Assembly (NCBI GenBank): GCA_041082215.1
Contig: JBDOIF010000111.1
Coordinates: forward strand, 1 to 64,000
Reading direction: 5' to 3'
Source of the DNA: Anaerolineae bacterium
GTDB lineage: Bacteria; Chloroflexota; Anaerolineae; B4-G1; DUEL01
DNA: 64,000 bases
The notes under the pieces are model-generated. The model was given only the letters and a program-made list of their open reading frames with translations. It had not been told where the DNA came from and ran no database searches. The translations under genes and the position numbers were made by a program. Below are positions 20,345 through 29,289 of this stretch, piece after piece (within the stretch, counting starts at the first letter, position 1; every line of letters begins with the position of its first letter).

Positions 20345-20647
20345 GTGGCAAAAGCGGCAAAAGCGAAGACGGCGAAGCGGGAGAACGCTATCGTGCGTTA
20401 CCTGCGAGAGACGCGGGCCGAATTGAGGAAGGTGCACTGGCCTACCCGTCAGGAGACCTGGCGGCTGACCCAGATCGTTCTGGCCGTTACGGTCGGGATG
20501 GCGATCTTCCTCTGGCTGATGGACGTGCTCTTCTCGTGGTGGCTCAGCGGGGTCCTGAAGAGTGATCCCTGGCGCATCGGGCTGTCTGTTGCCGTCCTGG
20601 TGCTCTCGATTATTGCGGGCGTGGTGTTCGGAAGGCAGGGAAGCTAG
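20345..20647 (+). CDS. secE: Preprotein translocase subunit SecE
   Basis: ELRKVHWPTR motif plus TM helices. Confidence 0.93.
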   Translation: MAKAAKAKTAKRENAIVRYLRETRAELRKVHWPTRQETWRLTQIVLAVTVGMAIFLWLMDVLFSWWLSGVLKSDPWRIGLSVAVLVLSIIAGVVFGRQGS

Positions 20648-20662
20648 GCGGTTCAGGGGTGG

Positions 20663-21364
20663 GTGATGGATGAGGAAATCCTGGAACAGGCCACCGGCGA
20701 TGAGGATGGAGCCTCTTTCGACGAGGGGCCTTCGGTCTTCGAGGTTCCCCCGGTCGAAGAGGAAACACCCATTCCCCGGCCTGTGAAGGCCCTGGACCGC
20801 TCGGAGGAGGACGCTGGGGATGCTTCCCCGGAGCCGACCGACGACCGCGCCTGGTACGTCATCCATTGCTACTCCGGCTACGAAAACAAAGTCAAACACA
20901 ACCTGGAACAGCGCATCGAGACGATGCAGATGCAGGACAAAATCTTCCAGGTTGTGGTCCCTACCGAGGAGGAGATCGAGGTCAAAGACGGAAAGCGGCG
21001 CACCATCGAGCGAAAGGTCTTTCCGGGCTATATCCTGGTGCAGATGATTATGGACGAAGAATCATGGTACGTTGTCCGCAACACACCGGGAGTAACCGGC
21101 TTTGTGGGTATGGGCAACCGTCCCACCCCGCTGCGCCCGGAGGAGGTCCAGGCCATCATGCGCCGTATGGAGGCGGAGGCCCCGCGGATCAAGGTGACCT
21201 TCAAGCCCGGGCAGAAGGTGCGCATCATTGACGGGCCGTTCAACGAATTCATCGGCATTGTGGATGAGATTGATATGGAACGGGCCAAAGTCCGTGTCCT
21301 GGTCTCCTTCTTCGGGCGGGATACGCCGGTGGAGCTGGATTTCCTGCAGGTGGAGAAGGTGTAG
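20663..21364 (+). CDS. nusG: Transcription factor NusG with acidic N-terminal extension
   Basis: WYVIHCYSGYE, FPGYILV, KOW domain GPF..F. Confidence 0.97.
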   Translation: MMDEEILEQATGDEDGASFDEGPSVFEVPPVEEETPIPRPVKALDRSEEDAGDASPEPTDDRAWYVIHCYSGYENKVKHNLEQRIETMQMQDKIFQVVVPTEEEIEVKDGKRRTIERKVFPGYILVQMIMDEESWYVVRNTPGVTGFVGMGNRPTPLRPEEVQAIMRRMEAEAPRIKVTFKPGQKVRIIDGPFNEFIGIVDEIDMERAKVRVLVSFFGRDTPVELDFLQVEKV

Positions 21365-21421
21365 CGGGTTGCGGGTTGCGAGTGGCAGGTGACACGTGGC
21401 AAGAGGTAGGAAGCGAGAGGG

Positions 21422-21844
21422 ATGAAGAAGGTCAAGGCAGTTGTCAAGTTGCAAATTGAGGCCGGAAAGGCGAATCCAGCTCCCCCCGTCGGGCCGGCGC
21501 TGGCACAACACGGCATCAACCTGATGCAGTTCTGCAAGGAGTACAACGCCCGCACGGCCTCGATGATGGGGAACATCATCCCCGCAGAGGTGACCATCTA
21601 TCAGGATGGCTCCTTCAAGTTCGTGCTCAAAACTCCCCCCACACCGGACCTGTTGCGGAAGGCGGCAGGGGTGGAGCGGGGGTCGGCCGAGCCGAACCGA
21701 AACAAAGTGGGGCGGATCACGCGGGATCAACTGCGGGAGATCGCTCAGATGAAAATGAAGGACCTGAATGCCGTGGACCTGGAAGGAGCGATGCGCCAGG
21801 TCGAGGGCACTGCACGGAGTATGGGAATCGAGATCGTGGATTAA
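21422..21844 (+). CDS. rplK: 50S ribosomal protein L11
   Basis: [18 protein letters not shown]. Confidence 0.98.
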   Translation: MKKVKAVVKLQIEAGKANPAPPVGPALAQHGINLMQFCKEYNARTASMMGNIIPAEVTIYQDGSFKFVLKTPPTPDLLRKAAGVERGSAEPNRNKVGRITRDQLREIAQMKMKDLNAVDLEGAMRQVEGTARSMGIEIVD

Positions 21845-21853
21845 TCCATCCCC

Positions 21854-21883
21854 GGTGGGAGGGCCTGGCCCGCCGGAACCACA
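21854..21883 (+). promoter_or_regulatory. Probable L1-binding autoregulatory hairpin upstream of rplA
   Basis: GTGGGAGG...CCGGAACCAC stem just before the rplA RBS. Confidence 0.45.
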
Positions 21884-21893
21884 GGGAGGAGCA

Positions 21894-22613
21894 ATGGCGC
21901 AGCGAGGGAAGAAGTACCGGGAAGCTGTACAGAAAATTGACCGTGCGAAGTTGTACGATCCGAAGAAGGCGATCGAGCTGGTGAAGGAAACGGCTTATGC
22001 CGGCTTCGACGCCTCGGTGGACCTGCATATCCGGTTGGGGGTAGACCCCCGCCACGCCGACCAGCAGGTGCGCGGCGTGGTGCGGCTCCCCCACGGACTG
22101 GGGAAGACGGTGCGGGTGGCGGTCTTCGCCGCCGGTGATGCGGCTCGTATCGCCGAGGAGGCGGGCGCCGATTATGTTATCTCCGACGACGAGGGGATCA
22201 AGAAGATCCAGGACGGCTGGACCGAGTTTGACATCGCCGTCGCCGTGCCGGAGATGATGGGCAAGGTGGGGCGGCTGGGACGTGTCCTGGGCCCCCGCGG
22301 GTTGATGCCCAACCCCAAGACGGGGACGGTGGTGCCAGCAGAGGACCTGCCCCGGGTGATCGAGGAGGCTAAGGCAGGGCGTGTGGAGTACCGGGTGGAC
22401 AAGGGAGCCAATCTCCACATCCCCATCGGCAGGGTCAGCTTCCCCGTCGAGAAACTTCTGGAGAATATGGCCGCGGCGATGGAGGCGGTCAAGAAGGCCC
22501 GGCCCTCAGCAGCAAAGGGGACCTATATCCGCAAGGTCGCTCTGGCCTCCTCGATGGGGCCAGGCATCAAGGTGGACCCGATTGCCGCCCAGGCAATGGA
22601 GGTGAGTCTCTAA
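21894..22613 (+). CDS. rplA: 50S ribosomal protein L1
   Basis: [28 protein letters not shown]. Confidence 0.98.
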   Translation: MAQRGKKYREAVQKIDRAKLYDPKKAIELVKETAYAGFDASVDLHIRLGVDPRHADQQVRGVVRLPHGLGKTVRVAVFAAGDAARIAEEAGADYVISDDEGIKKIQDGWTEFDIAVAVPEMMGKVGRLGRVLGPRGLMPNPKTGTVVPAEDLPRVIEEAKAGRVEYRVDKGANLHIPIGRVSFPVEKLLENMAAAMEAVKKARPSAAKGTYIRKVALASSMGPGIKVDPIAAQAMEVSL

Positions 22614-22626
22614 CTCATACGGGCTG

Positions 22627-22762
22627 TGTGACAGCCGAACAGGAACCCGGCCGAAGACAGCAGGTGCGCTCAACGCGCTTAAAGATGCCTGCCGAGGCGG
22701 GGAGAGCCTCCTTAGGATAGGAGAAATCTGTCCCTGCGTCGGTAGGCGCAGGGTTTTTTTAT
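22627..22762 (+). promoter_or_regulatory. L10 leader RNA (ribosomal protein autoregulation) with terminator
   Basis: CCGAAGACAGCAGG..TTAA..CCTGCCGAGG core; CCCTGCG/CGCAGGG hairpin followed by a T-tract, upstream of rplJ. Confidence 0.85.
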
Positions 22763-22783
22763 CAGGAAGGAGGTGAAGACGGA

Positions 22784-23332
22784 TTGGCCATTTCAAAGGA
22801 ACGAAAACGGGAGCTGGTAGAGGGATACATCCAGCAACTGCAGGCCAGTGCAGGGGTCATCGTGACCGATTACCGCGGGCTTCGGGTAGCCGAGTTGGAG
22901 CAGCTCCGACGCTCTCTCCGGGAGAACGGAGCAATCCTCGAGATCGTCAAGAACCGGTTGCTCAAGCTCGCCCTCAGCCAGGTGGGGCTGGAGATGCCCC
23001 GGGAGTGGCTGGAAGGTACCACCGCTGTGGCCTTTTGTCACTCGGAGGTGCCGCCCGTCGCCAAGGCTATCAGCGACTTCGCCAGGGAGTCGGAGTACCT
23101 GGTCGTCAAAGGCGGATTGCTGGGCAGTTCCGCCATGTCGGCAGAGCAGGTGAAGGCGCTGGCCAGCCTGCCCCCGCGAGAGGTGCTGCTGGCCCAGGTG
23201 CTGGGGACCATCCAGGCGCCGGCCGCCCAGATGGCGGGCGTCATCGCCAGCGGCATCCGGCAGGTGCTGAGTGTGCTGCAGGCCTACGTGGATAAACTGG
23301 AGGGCCGGAGCCCTGCATCCCAGGCGGCCTGA
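22784..23332 (+). CDS. rplJ: 50S ribosomal protein L10
   Basis: DYRGL, VKNRL, LASLP..E.LLA; TTG start with a strong RBS. Confidence 0.96.
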   Translation: MAISKERKRELVEGYIQQLQASAGVIVTDYRGLRVAELEQLRRSLRENGAILEIVKNRLLKLALSQVGLEMPREWLEGTTAVAFCHSEVPPVAKAISDFARESEYLVVKGGLLGSSAMSAEQVKALASLPPREVLLAQVLGTIQAPAAQMAGVIASGIRQVLSVLQAYVDKLEGRSPASQAA

Positions 23333-23381
23333 ACAACGCCTGGATTATGTAGAAGTGCAAAAAGGGAGGTAAAAGGAGAAA

Positions 23382-23762
23382 ATGGCAGATCTGGCAAAAT
23401 TGGCTGAGGAAATCAGCAAGCTCTCGCTTCTGGAAGCGGCCGAGCTGGTCAAGATGCTGGAAGAGAAGCTGGGCGTGAGCGCCGCCGCCCCGGTGGCGAT
23501 GGCGGCTATGCCTGTAGCGGCCGCGGCCGCAGAGCCCGAGGTGGAAGAGAAGACGGAGTTCACCGTCGTGCTCCAGGATGTGGGCGACAAGAAGATCGAG
23601 GTCATCAAGGCCGTGCGCAAGCTGACCAATCTTGGGCTGAAAGAGGCCAAGGACCTGGTCGAGGGCGCCCCGGCCACCGTGCTGGAGGGTGTGCCGAAGG
23701 AAGCGGCCGAGAATGCCCGGGCCGAGCTGGAGAGCGCCGGCGCGAAGGTCGAGATCAAGTAG
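23382..23762 (+). CDS. rplL: 50S ribosomal protein L7/L12
   Basis: [27 protein letters not shown]. Confidence 0.98.
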   Translation: MADLAKLAEEISKLSLLEAAELVKMLEEKLGVSAAAPVAMAAMPVAAAAAEPEVEEKTEFTVVLQDVGDKKIEVIKAVRKLTNLGLKEAKDLVEGAPATVLEGVPKEAAENARAELESAGAKVEIK

Positions 23763-23774
23763 CGGTTACTTATG

Positions 23775-23807
23775 AAGTAGGGCAACTCCACAGGAGTTGC
23801 CCTACTT
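23775..23807. repeat. GTAG-type palindrome, possible bidirectional terminator
   Basis: AAGTAGGGCAACTCC-ACA-GGAGTTGCCCTACTT; supplies the stop of the convergent TPR gene. Confidence 0.7.
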
Positions 23808-24335
23808 TCTTAACAATCGGGCGCGCAGGTTCAGCAGGCCGCGGATCGCTCTCTGCTGGGCGGTGGGCTTTTCCAGCATCATCAGGCCTGCCTGGTAGGC
23901 AGCCATCCCGCCCTGCCGGTCCCCGGTCTTCCACATCTGGGTACCCAGCGCCAGCAGCGTCTCCCCCTGCCGCTGACGGTCCCCCAGCTCTTCGAAGATC
24001 TGCGCCGCCTGCCGCAGATATTCCTGGGCCCGCAGCCGGTCCCCCTGGCTGGATAGAAGCCCTCCCAGATTGCCCAGCACCTGGGCCTCCCGGTTCCGGT
24101 CCCCAAGACGGCCGAAGGCCGCCCGCGCCTCCTCCAGCGCTGCCCGGGCTTCGTCCCAGCGACGCATCAAGCGGTAAACGACGCCCAGGTTGTTCAGCAT
24201 CTCCGCTGCCTCGACCTCATCCCCCTTAGCGGCGAACAGCTCCTGGGCCTGACCGAACCGTTCCGCGGCCTCCTCATACAACCCTTCCTCAAAGAGCCGC
24301 AAGCCCTCCGATTTCAGAGCTTCTGCGTTGGCCAT
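23802..24335 (-). CDS. Tetratricopeptide repeat protein
   Basis: Repeated A..LNNLG..Y / AQVLGNLG helices. Confidence 0.85.
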   Translation of the reverse strand: MANAEALKSEGLRLFEEGLYEEAAERFGQAQELFAAKGDEVEAAEMLNNLGVVYRLMRRWDEARAALEEARAAFGRLGDRNREAQVLGNLGGLLSSQGDRLRAQEYLRQAAQIFEELGDRQRQGETLLALGTQMWKTGDRQGGMAAYQAGLMMLEKPTAQQRAIRGLLNLRARLLRK

Positions 24336-24355
24336 GCTCCTCCCCCGTATGGGTA

Positions 24356-24411
24356 TCTGACGTTTAACGTTTGACATTTGACGTAACAAGCGTCAAACGT
24401 CAAGCGTCAAG
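24356..24411. repeat. Inverted 7-mer ladder (TTTGACG / CGTCAAR)
   Basis: tctgacg tttaacg tttgaca tttgacg ... cgtcaaa cgtcaag cgtcaag. Confidence 0.7.
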
Positions 24412-24419
24412 CCACACCC

Positions 24420-25094
24420 TCAATACGTGATCTCCAGCAACCCCTCAGCGATCGTCCGCAGCGCGCCGGCTGGCATCTCCGCCAGCCTCATCGCTACCTC
24501 CAGGTAGCTCCAGTTGATCGGCTTGGCGATGAACTCCCGGACCTCCTCGGGCAGCTTCTGGAAGGCGCGGTACGCTTCCTGCTCCTTTTCCCATTCCCCC
24601 ACCGGACCGGATCGCTCGTCCAGGAAATATTCCAGGGGACGGCCCACCGCGCGGGCCAGTGCTTCCAGCTCCGCCAGCGGGATAGGACGCTCCCCGTACT
24701 CGTAGTCCGAGATGCGGCTGGGGGAGCAGCCCAGCAGACGGGCCAGGTCTTTCTGGGATTTGCCCGCCTCCAGCCGGGCCTGTCGCAGCAGCGCCCCTAC
24801 GATGCGGTGGCGGATCTTCAGGATCTCCTCAAGAGGGGGCAGCCGCTCCTCAGCCAGAAGCTGCGCTTCCTCGTCCCAGAAGTGGGAAACCGGCACCTCG
24901 AGGAAGTAAGCCAGCACCTCCAGCTCCGGCAGAGAGATGGGCTTGCGGCCCTCTTCGTAGGCGGTGATGGTGCTGGTGGGAACCCCCAGAACCGACGCGC
25001 ACTCCCGCTTGGTCTTATCCGCCCGGATGCGGGCATCCCGCAGCAGGACGCCGATGATCCGGTTGCGCAGGGCTAACGCCTCCTGATCAGCCAT
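24420..25094 (-). CDS. Tandem XRE-family HTH transcriptional regulator
   Basis: Two HTH_3-like repeats (LLRDAR..YEEG; LLRQAR..YEYG). Confidence 0.88.
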   Translation of the reverse strand: MADQEALALRNRIIGVLLRDARIRADKTKRECASVLGVPTSTITAYEEGRKPISLPELEVLAYFLEVPVSHFWDEEAQLLAEERLPPLEEILKIRHRIVGALLRQARLEAGKSQKDLARLLGCSPSRISDYEYGERPIPLAELEALARAVGRPLEYFLDERSGPVGEWEKEQEAYRAFQKLPEEVREFIAKPINWSYLEVAMRLAEMPAGALRTIAEGLLEITY

Positions 25095-25207
25095 ACCGCC
25101 TTCCTCCATTCCCTGTCTCTATAGTCATCTCACAACATTATAACACAGAGGCAGGTTGCCCACAAAACCGGCTTGAGGTATACTGCGGTTACATCTGGAG
25201 GTGAACG

Positions 25208-27865
25208 ATGAAAAAGGACTTCCCCGGACGGGGGCGCGTGGCCGTGTTGCACACACGGCCGGAGACGGTTTTCGAAGACTACGCCCGATTGATGGAGCTG
25301 GCCGGGTTCCGCGAGGCCCTGCCCCAGGATAAGGAGACTATCCTCAAGGTCAATATCTCCTGGCAGACCTGGTACCCGGCCTGCTCAACCACCCCCTGGC
25401 AACTGGAGGGGGTCATCCGCGCCCTGCTGGCGGCGGGCTACCGCAACCTGATCGCCGCCCACAACAACACCGTGGTGGTGGACGCCTACGTGGGGGAGCG
25501 GAACAACAAACACAAGTACGTGGTGGATAAGTACGGCGTCCGCAACGTCCATCTCTACGAGCCTCAGTACCGCTGGGTGCGGTACGAACCGCCCCAGCCC
25601 TTCCTGGTGCTGGACCGGATCTACCCGGAAGGGGTGTACATACCGGAGATCCTCATCGGTAAGAACATCATCCAACTTCCGACCGTCAAATGTGTCCATC
25701 CCGACACCTACATCCCTCTGGCCGACGGCACGCTGATGCGCATCGGGGACCTGGTGGAAAGCGAACTCCGTGCGGGGGCTGTCCCTCTGCTGGACGAGGA
25801 CGGGGACATGCGCTTCGCCAGAGGGTCGCTGCTCTGGAGCCTCACTCCAGACGGACAGGTGGTTCCCCAGCAGACGTATCTCTTCTGGCGGACTCCCTTA
25901 AACGGACAACCCCTCTGGCGGGTCCGCACGAAGACGGGACGGGAGGTCATCGTCTCGCCGGAGCATCCCTTCCTGACCCCACGTGGGTGGCGAAGGGCCT
26001 CCGAACTTGCCGTGGGGGACCGGGTTGCTGTTCCCCGACGGATTCGGGTCCAGGGCACTCCTCAGCCTCTTCCCCGACCATCCAACGTGCTGGGAGAGGT
26101 AGACATTGCCGCCATACGGATGAAACACTGGATTCGCGTCCCCGAACGGACTTCCCCGGAGTTCTGGCGATGGTTCGGGTACTTTATGGCAGAGGGATGG
26201 GTGCAGCCGATGCGCACTACCTGTCGGTTCTGGTGGACGAACGGGACACCGGAAATCCGGGAGGATTTCTTCCGACTTACCCGGGACCTCTGGGGCCTGG
26301 AGATGACGCCCCGTTCACAGGGATACGATTGTTATGTGGATACCGTTCAACTTCGGGAATTCTTTGAGAAAATGGGACTTCCTATCCCCCTGGACGCGGC
26401 GAACAAAAGGGTGCCCCCCCTTCTATTCCGATGCTCTGATGGGGAAATCGCCGCTTTCCTGAGCGGATACCTGGATGGAGACGGCACGGTCAATCTGCGG
26501 GACGGACTCCACGTGACGACGAAGAGCGAGGCCCTGGCCCGGGACCTCCAATACCTGTTCCTGCGGCTGGGCGTTGTGGCCTTTATTCGCGATCATTGGG
26601 CCCGAGCGACCGACACTTCGGCCTCCCCGCAGCGCTATTACCTGGTCTCTGTGTACGGCGACGATCTCGTGACACTGGCCGGGTGGGTCCGATTCCGGAA
26701 CCCCCAAAAACAGCATCGCCTTCAATCTCTGGTGGAGCGCCGAAAGAATGGGAAACGGCCCAGTAACTGGGATACCATCCCGGTAGACCGGGCCCAGTTC
26801 CGGAAAGTTCGCATGGGACTGGGGTTGACACAAGCCTCTACAGGCCGCCCTGCTTGGGTGAACAACATAGAACGTGGCGTGACCACTCCCACTCGCCGCG
26901 TCCTTCAGTATTTTGTTGACCTCTTCCGAAAGACTGATACAGAGGGCCGTTACCGGGACGAGACGGAGACGATGGCCTTTCTGACCAGCGAGGACATTGC
27001 CTGGGATCATGTTGTTGCAGTGGAGCAGGTCCAGCCGGATACGCCGTACCTGTACGATTTCACGATGACGGCCTACTCCAACTTCGTGGGCAATGGCCTG
27101 ATTCTGAGTAACACTCATGTCTTCACCACCATCACCGGCGCGATGAAGAACGCCTTCGGGGGGCTGCTGGGCACAAAGCGGCACTGGACCCATTCGGTGA
27201 TCCACGAGACGCTGGTGGACCTTTTGATGATCCAGCAGGACATCCACCCCGGGCTGTTTGCGGTGATGGACGGCACCTTCGCCGGAGATGGGCCTGGCCC
27301 GCGGGCGATGCGCTGGCACGAAAAGGACGTGATCCTGGCCTCCGCCGACCAGGTGGCCATTGATGCCATCTCCGCCCATCTGCAGGGGTTCGATCCCCTC
27401 TCCCTCCCCTTCATCCGCATCGCCCACGAGATGGGGCTGGGGGTGGGCGACCCCGACCAGATCGAGATTGTGGGGGAGGACCGGGAATGGGTGATGGCCC
27501 AGAACTGGGGCTTCATCCAGGAGGACACCTTCGCCAGCCGGGGGCAGAAGTTGATCTACCACGGCCCTCTCAAGCCGTTCGAGAACCTGCTCCTGCGGAC
27601 CCCTCTCGTCCCCTGGTCCTATTTTGCCTCCAACTTCTACCACAACGTCTACTGGTACCCCTTCGTGGGGCGGAAGCGGGTGGAGGCAGCGCTCCACACC
27701 AAGTGGGGACGGCTGTTCAAGGAGTACGGAGCGGAGGCCGGACTGGAGGGGGTGGTGATGCCGGGGATGGAACCGAAGACGGTGACCGCCGCCGCCGGGC
27801 TGACCCTTCTGGCTGTAGGGCTCGCCGTCGGCGCCTGGTGGCTGAGCCGAAGAAGGAAAGGATAA
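25208..27865 (+). CDS. DUF362-domain protein interrupted by an intein; C-terminal TM anchor
   Basis: LKVN, LPTVK|TH..ITGAMKN.FG, MDG...G.GP and D.VAID motifs flanking the intein. Confidence 0.85.
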   Translation: MKKDFPGRGRVAVLHTRPETVFEDYARLMELAGFREALPQDKETILKVNISWQTWYPACSTTPWQLEGVIRALLAAGYRNLIAAHNNTVVVDAYVGERNNKHKYVVDKYGVRNVHLYEPQYRWVRYEPPQPFLVLDRIYPEGVYIPEILIGKNIIQLPTVKCVHPDTYIPLADGTLMRIGDLVESELRAGAVPLLDEDGDMRFARGSLLWSLTPDGQVVPQQTYLFWRTPLNGQPLWRVRTKTGREVIVSPEHPFLTPRGWRRASELAVGDRVAVPRRIRVQGTPQPLPRPSNVLGEVDIAAIRMKHWIRVPERTSPEFWRWFGYFMAEGWVQPMRTTCRFWWTNGTPEIREDFFRLTRDLWGLEMTPRSQGYDCYVDTVQLREFFEKMGLPIPLDAANKRVPPLLFRCSDGEIAAFLSGYLDGDGTVNLRDGLHVTTKSEALARDLQYLFLRLGVVAFIRDHWARATDTSASPQRYYLVSVYGDDLVTLAGWVRFRNPQKQHRLQSLVERRKNGKRPSNWDTIPVDRAQFRKVRMGLGLTQASTGRPAWVNNIERGVTTPTRRVLQYFVDLFRKTDTEGRYRDETETMAFLTSEDIAWDHVVAVEQVQPDTPYLYDFTMTAYSNFVGNGLILSNTHVFTTITGAMKNAFGGLLGTKRHWTHSVIHETLVDLLMIQQDIHPGLFAVMDGTFAGDGPGPRAMRWHEKDVILASADQVAIDAISAHLQGFDPLSLPFIRIAHEMGLGVGDPDQIEIVGEDREWVMAQNWGFIQEDTFASRGQKLIYHGPLKPFENLLLRTPLVPWSYFASNFYHNVYWYPFVGRKRVEAALHTKWGRLFKEYGAEAGLEGVVMPGMEPKTVTAAAGLTLLAVGLAVGAWWLSRRRKG
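25691..27112 (+). mobile_element. Intein (474 aa) with LAGLIDADG homing endonuclease
   Basis: N-terminal CVHPDT, block B SPEHPFL, FGYFMAEG and LSGYLDGDG, block F YLYDF..FVGNG, C-terminal SN followed by Thr(+1). Confidence 0.93.
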
Positions 27866-27932
27866 ACAACCACGAAGACATGGAGAGCACGGAGGAGGGG
27901 GGAAACCCCCATCCTCCGTGTTTCTGCGCTGA

Positions 27933-29240
27933 TTATTCGTACTTCAGTGCGGCGACGGGGCTGAGAGCGGCCGCCCGCATCGCCGGGTAGAGGCCGGAGG
28001 CCACCCCCACCAGCCCGGCGAATGCCACGGCGAAGATGGGCAGCCAGAGAGGGGTGTGGACCAGGGAGATGGTTACGTCCGAGGCGGCTGCCCCGCTCTG
28101 GACCGCCTGGGCCGCCAGGTAGGTCCGTGCGACCAGCTCGATCGTCGCGCCCAGGCCGATGCCCAGGAGCACCCCGCCAACTCCCCCCAGGAACCCGATG
28201 CCACCCGCCTCTGCCAGGAAGATGGACATCACATCCCGGTTGGTCGCTCCCACCGCCTTCATTAACCCGATCTCCCGCGTGCGCTCGTAGATCGCCATCA
28301 TCATCGTGTTGGCGATGCCGAAGGCGGCCACGATAAGGGCGATGGCGCCGATGCCCCCAAAGACGCCCTGGAGGACCAGGAAGAAGGTATTGATCTCGCG
28401 GAGCATGCTCTGGGCGGAATAGGCAAAGAAGCCGCGGGAGAGAATCTCCTGCTCCACCGCTGTTACGTAGTCGGGATCGGAAACCTTGACCAGCGCCTGG
28501 TTATAGCCATCCCGCGCCGGGTTGGGGCGGTGGCCGAAGAACCAGCCGTTCAGCTCGATCACATCGTCCAGCGCCATATAGAGTGTGTAATCCTTCTGCC
28601 CGCCGGTTTCCTCCAGCACGCCCACCACCCGTAACCGGACCACCCGCTCCATCCAGCGGCCGTCTTCCCCCATCCGTCCGACCACCAGCTGGATAGCCTG
28701 GCCCTGGAGGTCAATGGGGGGATCGGGGGGGCGGCCGGTTCGGGGATCGAGGAAGTTCCTGCCCACCTTGGCGCCCACCAGTACCTGCCAGCGGCCCAGC
28801 CGGTCCGTCCCGCTCTGCAGGGAGAGCCCCAGACTGTCCACCTCTGTCGGCTCGATGCCGACGATCTGGGCCCCGCCCATCCGCCGGTTGAGCCGCAGGG
28901 TCCCTCCGCCCATCAGAGGCTCCATCGGGGTAACGGCGACGACGCCGGGGAGCTGGCGGAACGCCCGCAGCGTTCGCTCGTCCAGGATCGCCTCCCGGCC
29001 CGCCTGAACGGTGGGCGCGCCAAGCTGGCTCAGGAACGCGCCCGGAAAGACGGTGATCTCCGTCAACTCACCGATGGAGCCCAGGTCCTGCGCAGCGCTC
29101 TGCTGGAGGCCGGCAGCCAGGGAGACGAGGACCACCACGGCGGCCGTGCCGATGATCACGCCGATGGCCGTCATCGCCACACGGGCCTTCCTCCGGCGCA
29201 GGTTGCTCCATACCAGCTTCAGCAGGTCGCGGGTGTTCAT
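27933..29240 (-). CDS. MacB/FtsX-family ABC permease
   Basis: GVIIGTAAVV, GIANTM..AIYERTREIG.MKAVGA, YPA.RAA. Confidence 0.93.
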   Translation of the reverse strand: MNTRDLLKLVWSNLRRRKARVAMTAIGVIIGTAAVVVLVSLAAGLQQSAAQDLGSIGELTEITVFPGAFLSQLGAPTVQAGREAILDERTLRAFRQLPGVVAVTPMEPLMGGGTLRLNRRMGGAQIVGIEPTEVDSLGLSLQSGTDRLGRWQVLVGAKVGRNFLDPRTGRPPDPPIDLQGQAIQLVVGRMGEDGRWMERVVRLRVVGVLEETGGQKDYTLYMALDDVIELNGWFFGHRPNPARDGYNQALVKVSDPDYVTAVEQEILSRGFFAYSAQSMLREINTFFLVLQGVFGGIGAIALIVAAFGIANTMMMAIYERTREIGLMKAVGATNRDVMSIFLAEAGGIGFLGGVGGVLLGIGLGATIELVARTYLAAQAVQSGAAASDVTISLVHTPLWLPIFAVAFAGLVGVASGLYPAMRAAALSPVAALKYE

Positions 29241-29289
29241 CTCTCAGCCAGTCGCAAGTTGCAGGTTTGGAGGTTAGCAGGACACGAGG

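Noticed and set aside
20663..20840. Acidic N-terminal extension of NusG as a novelty
   Set aside because: Low-complexity acidic extensions are known in NusG from several monoderm phyla.
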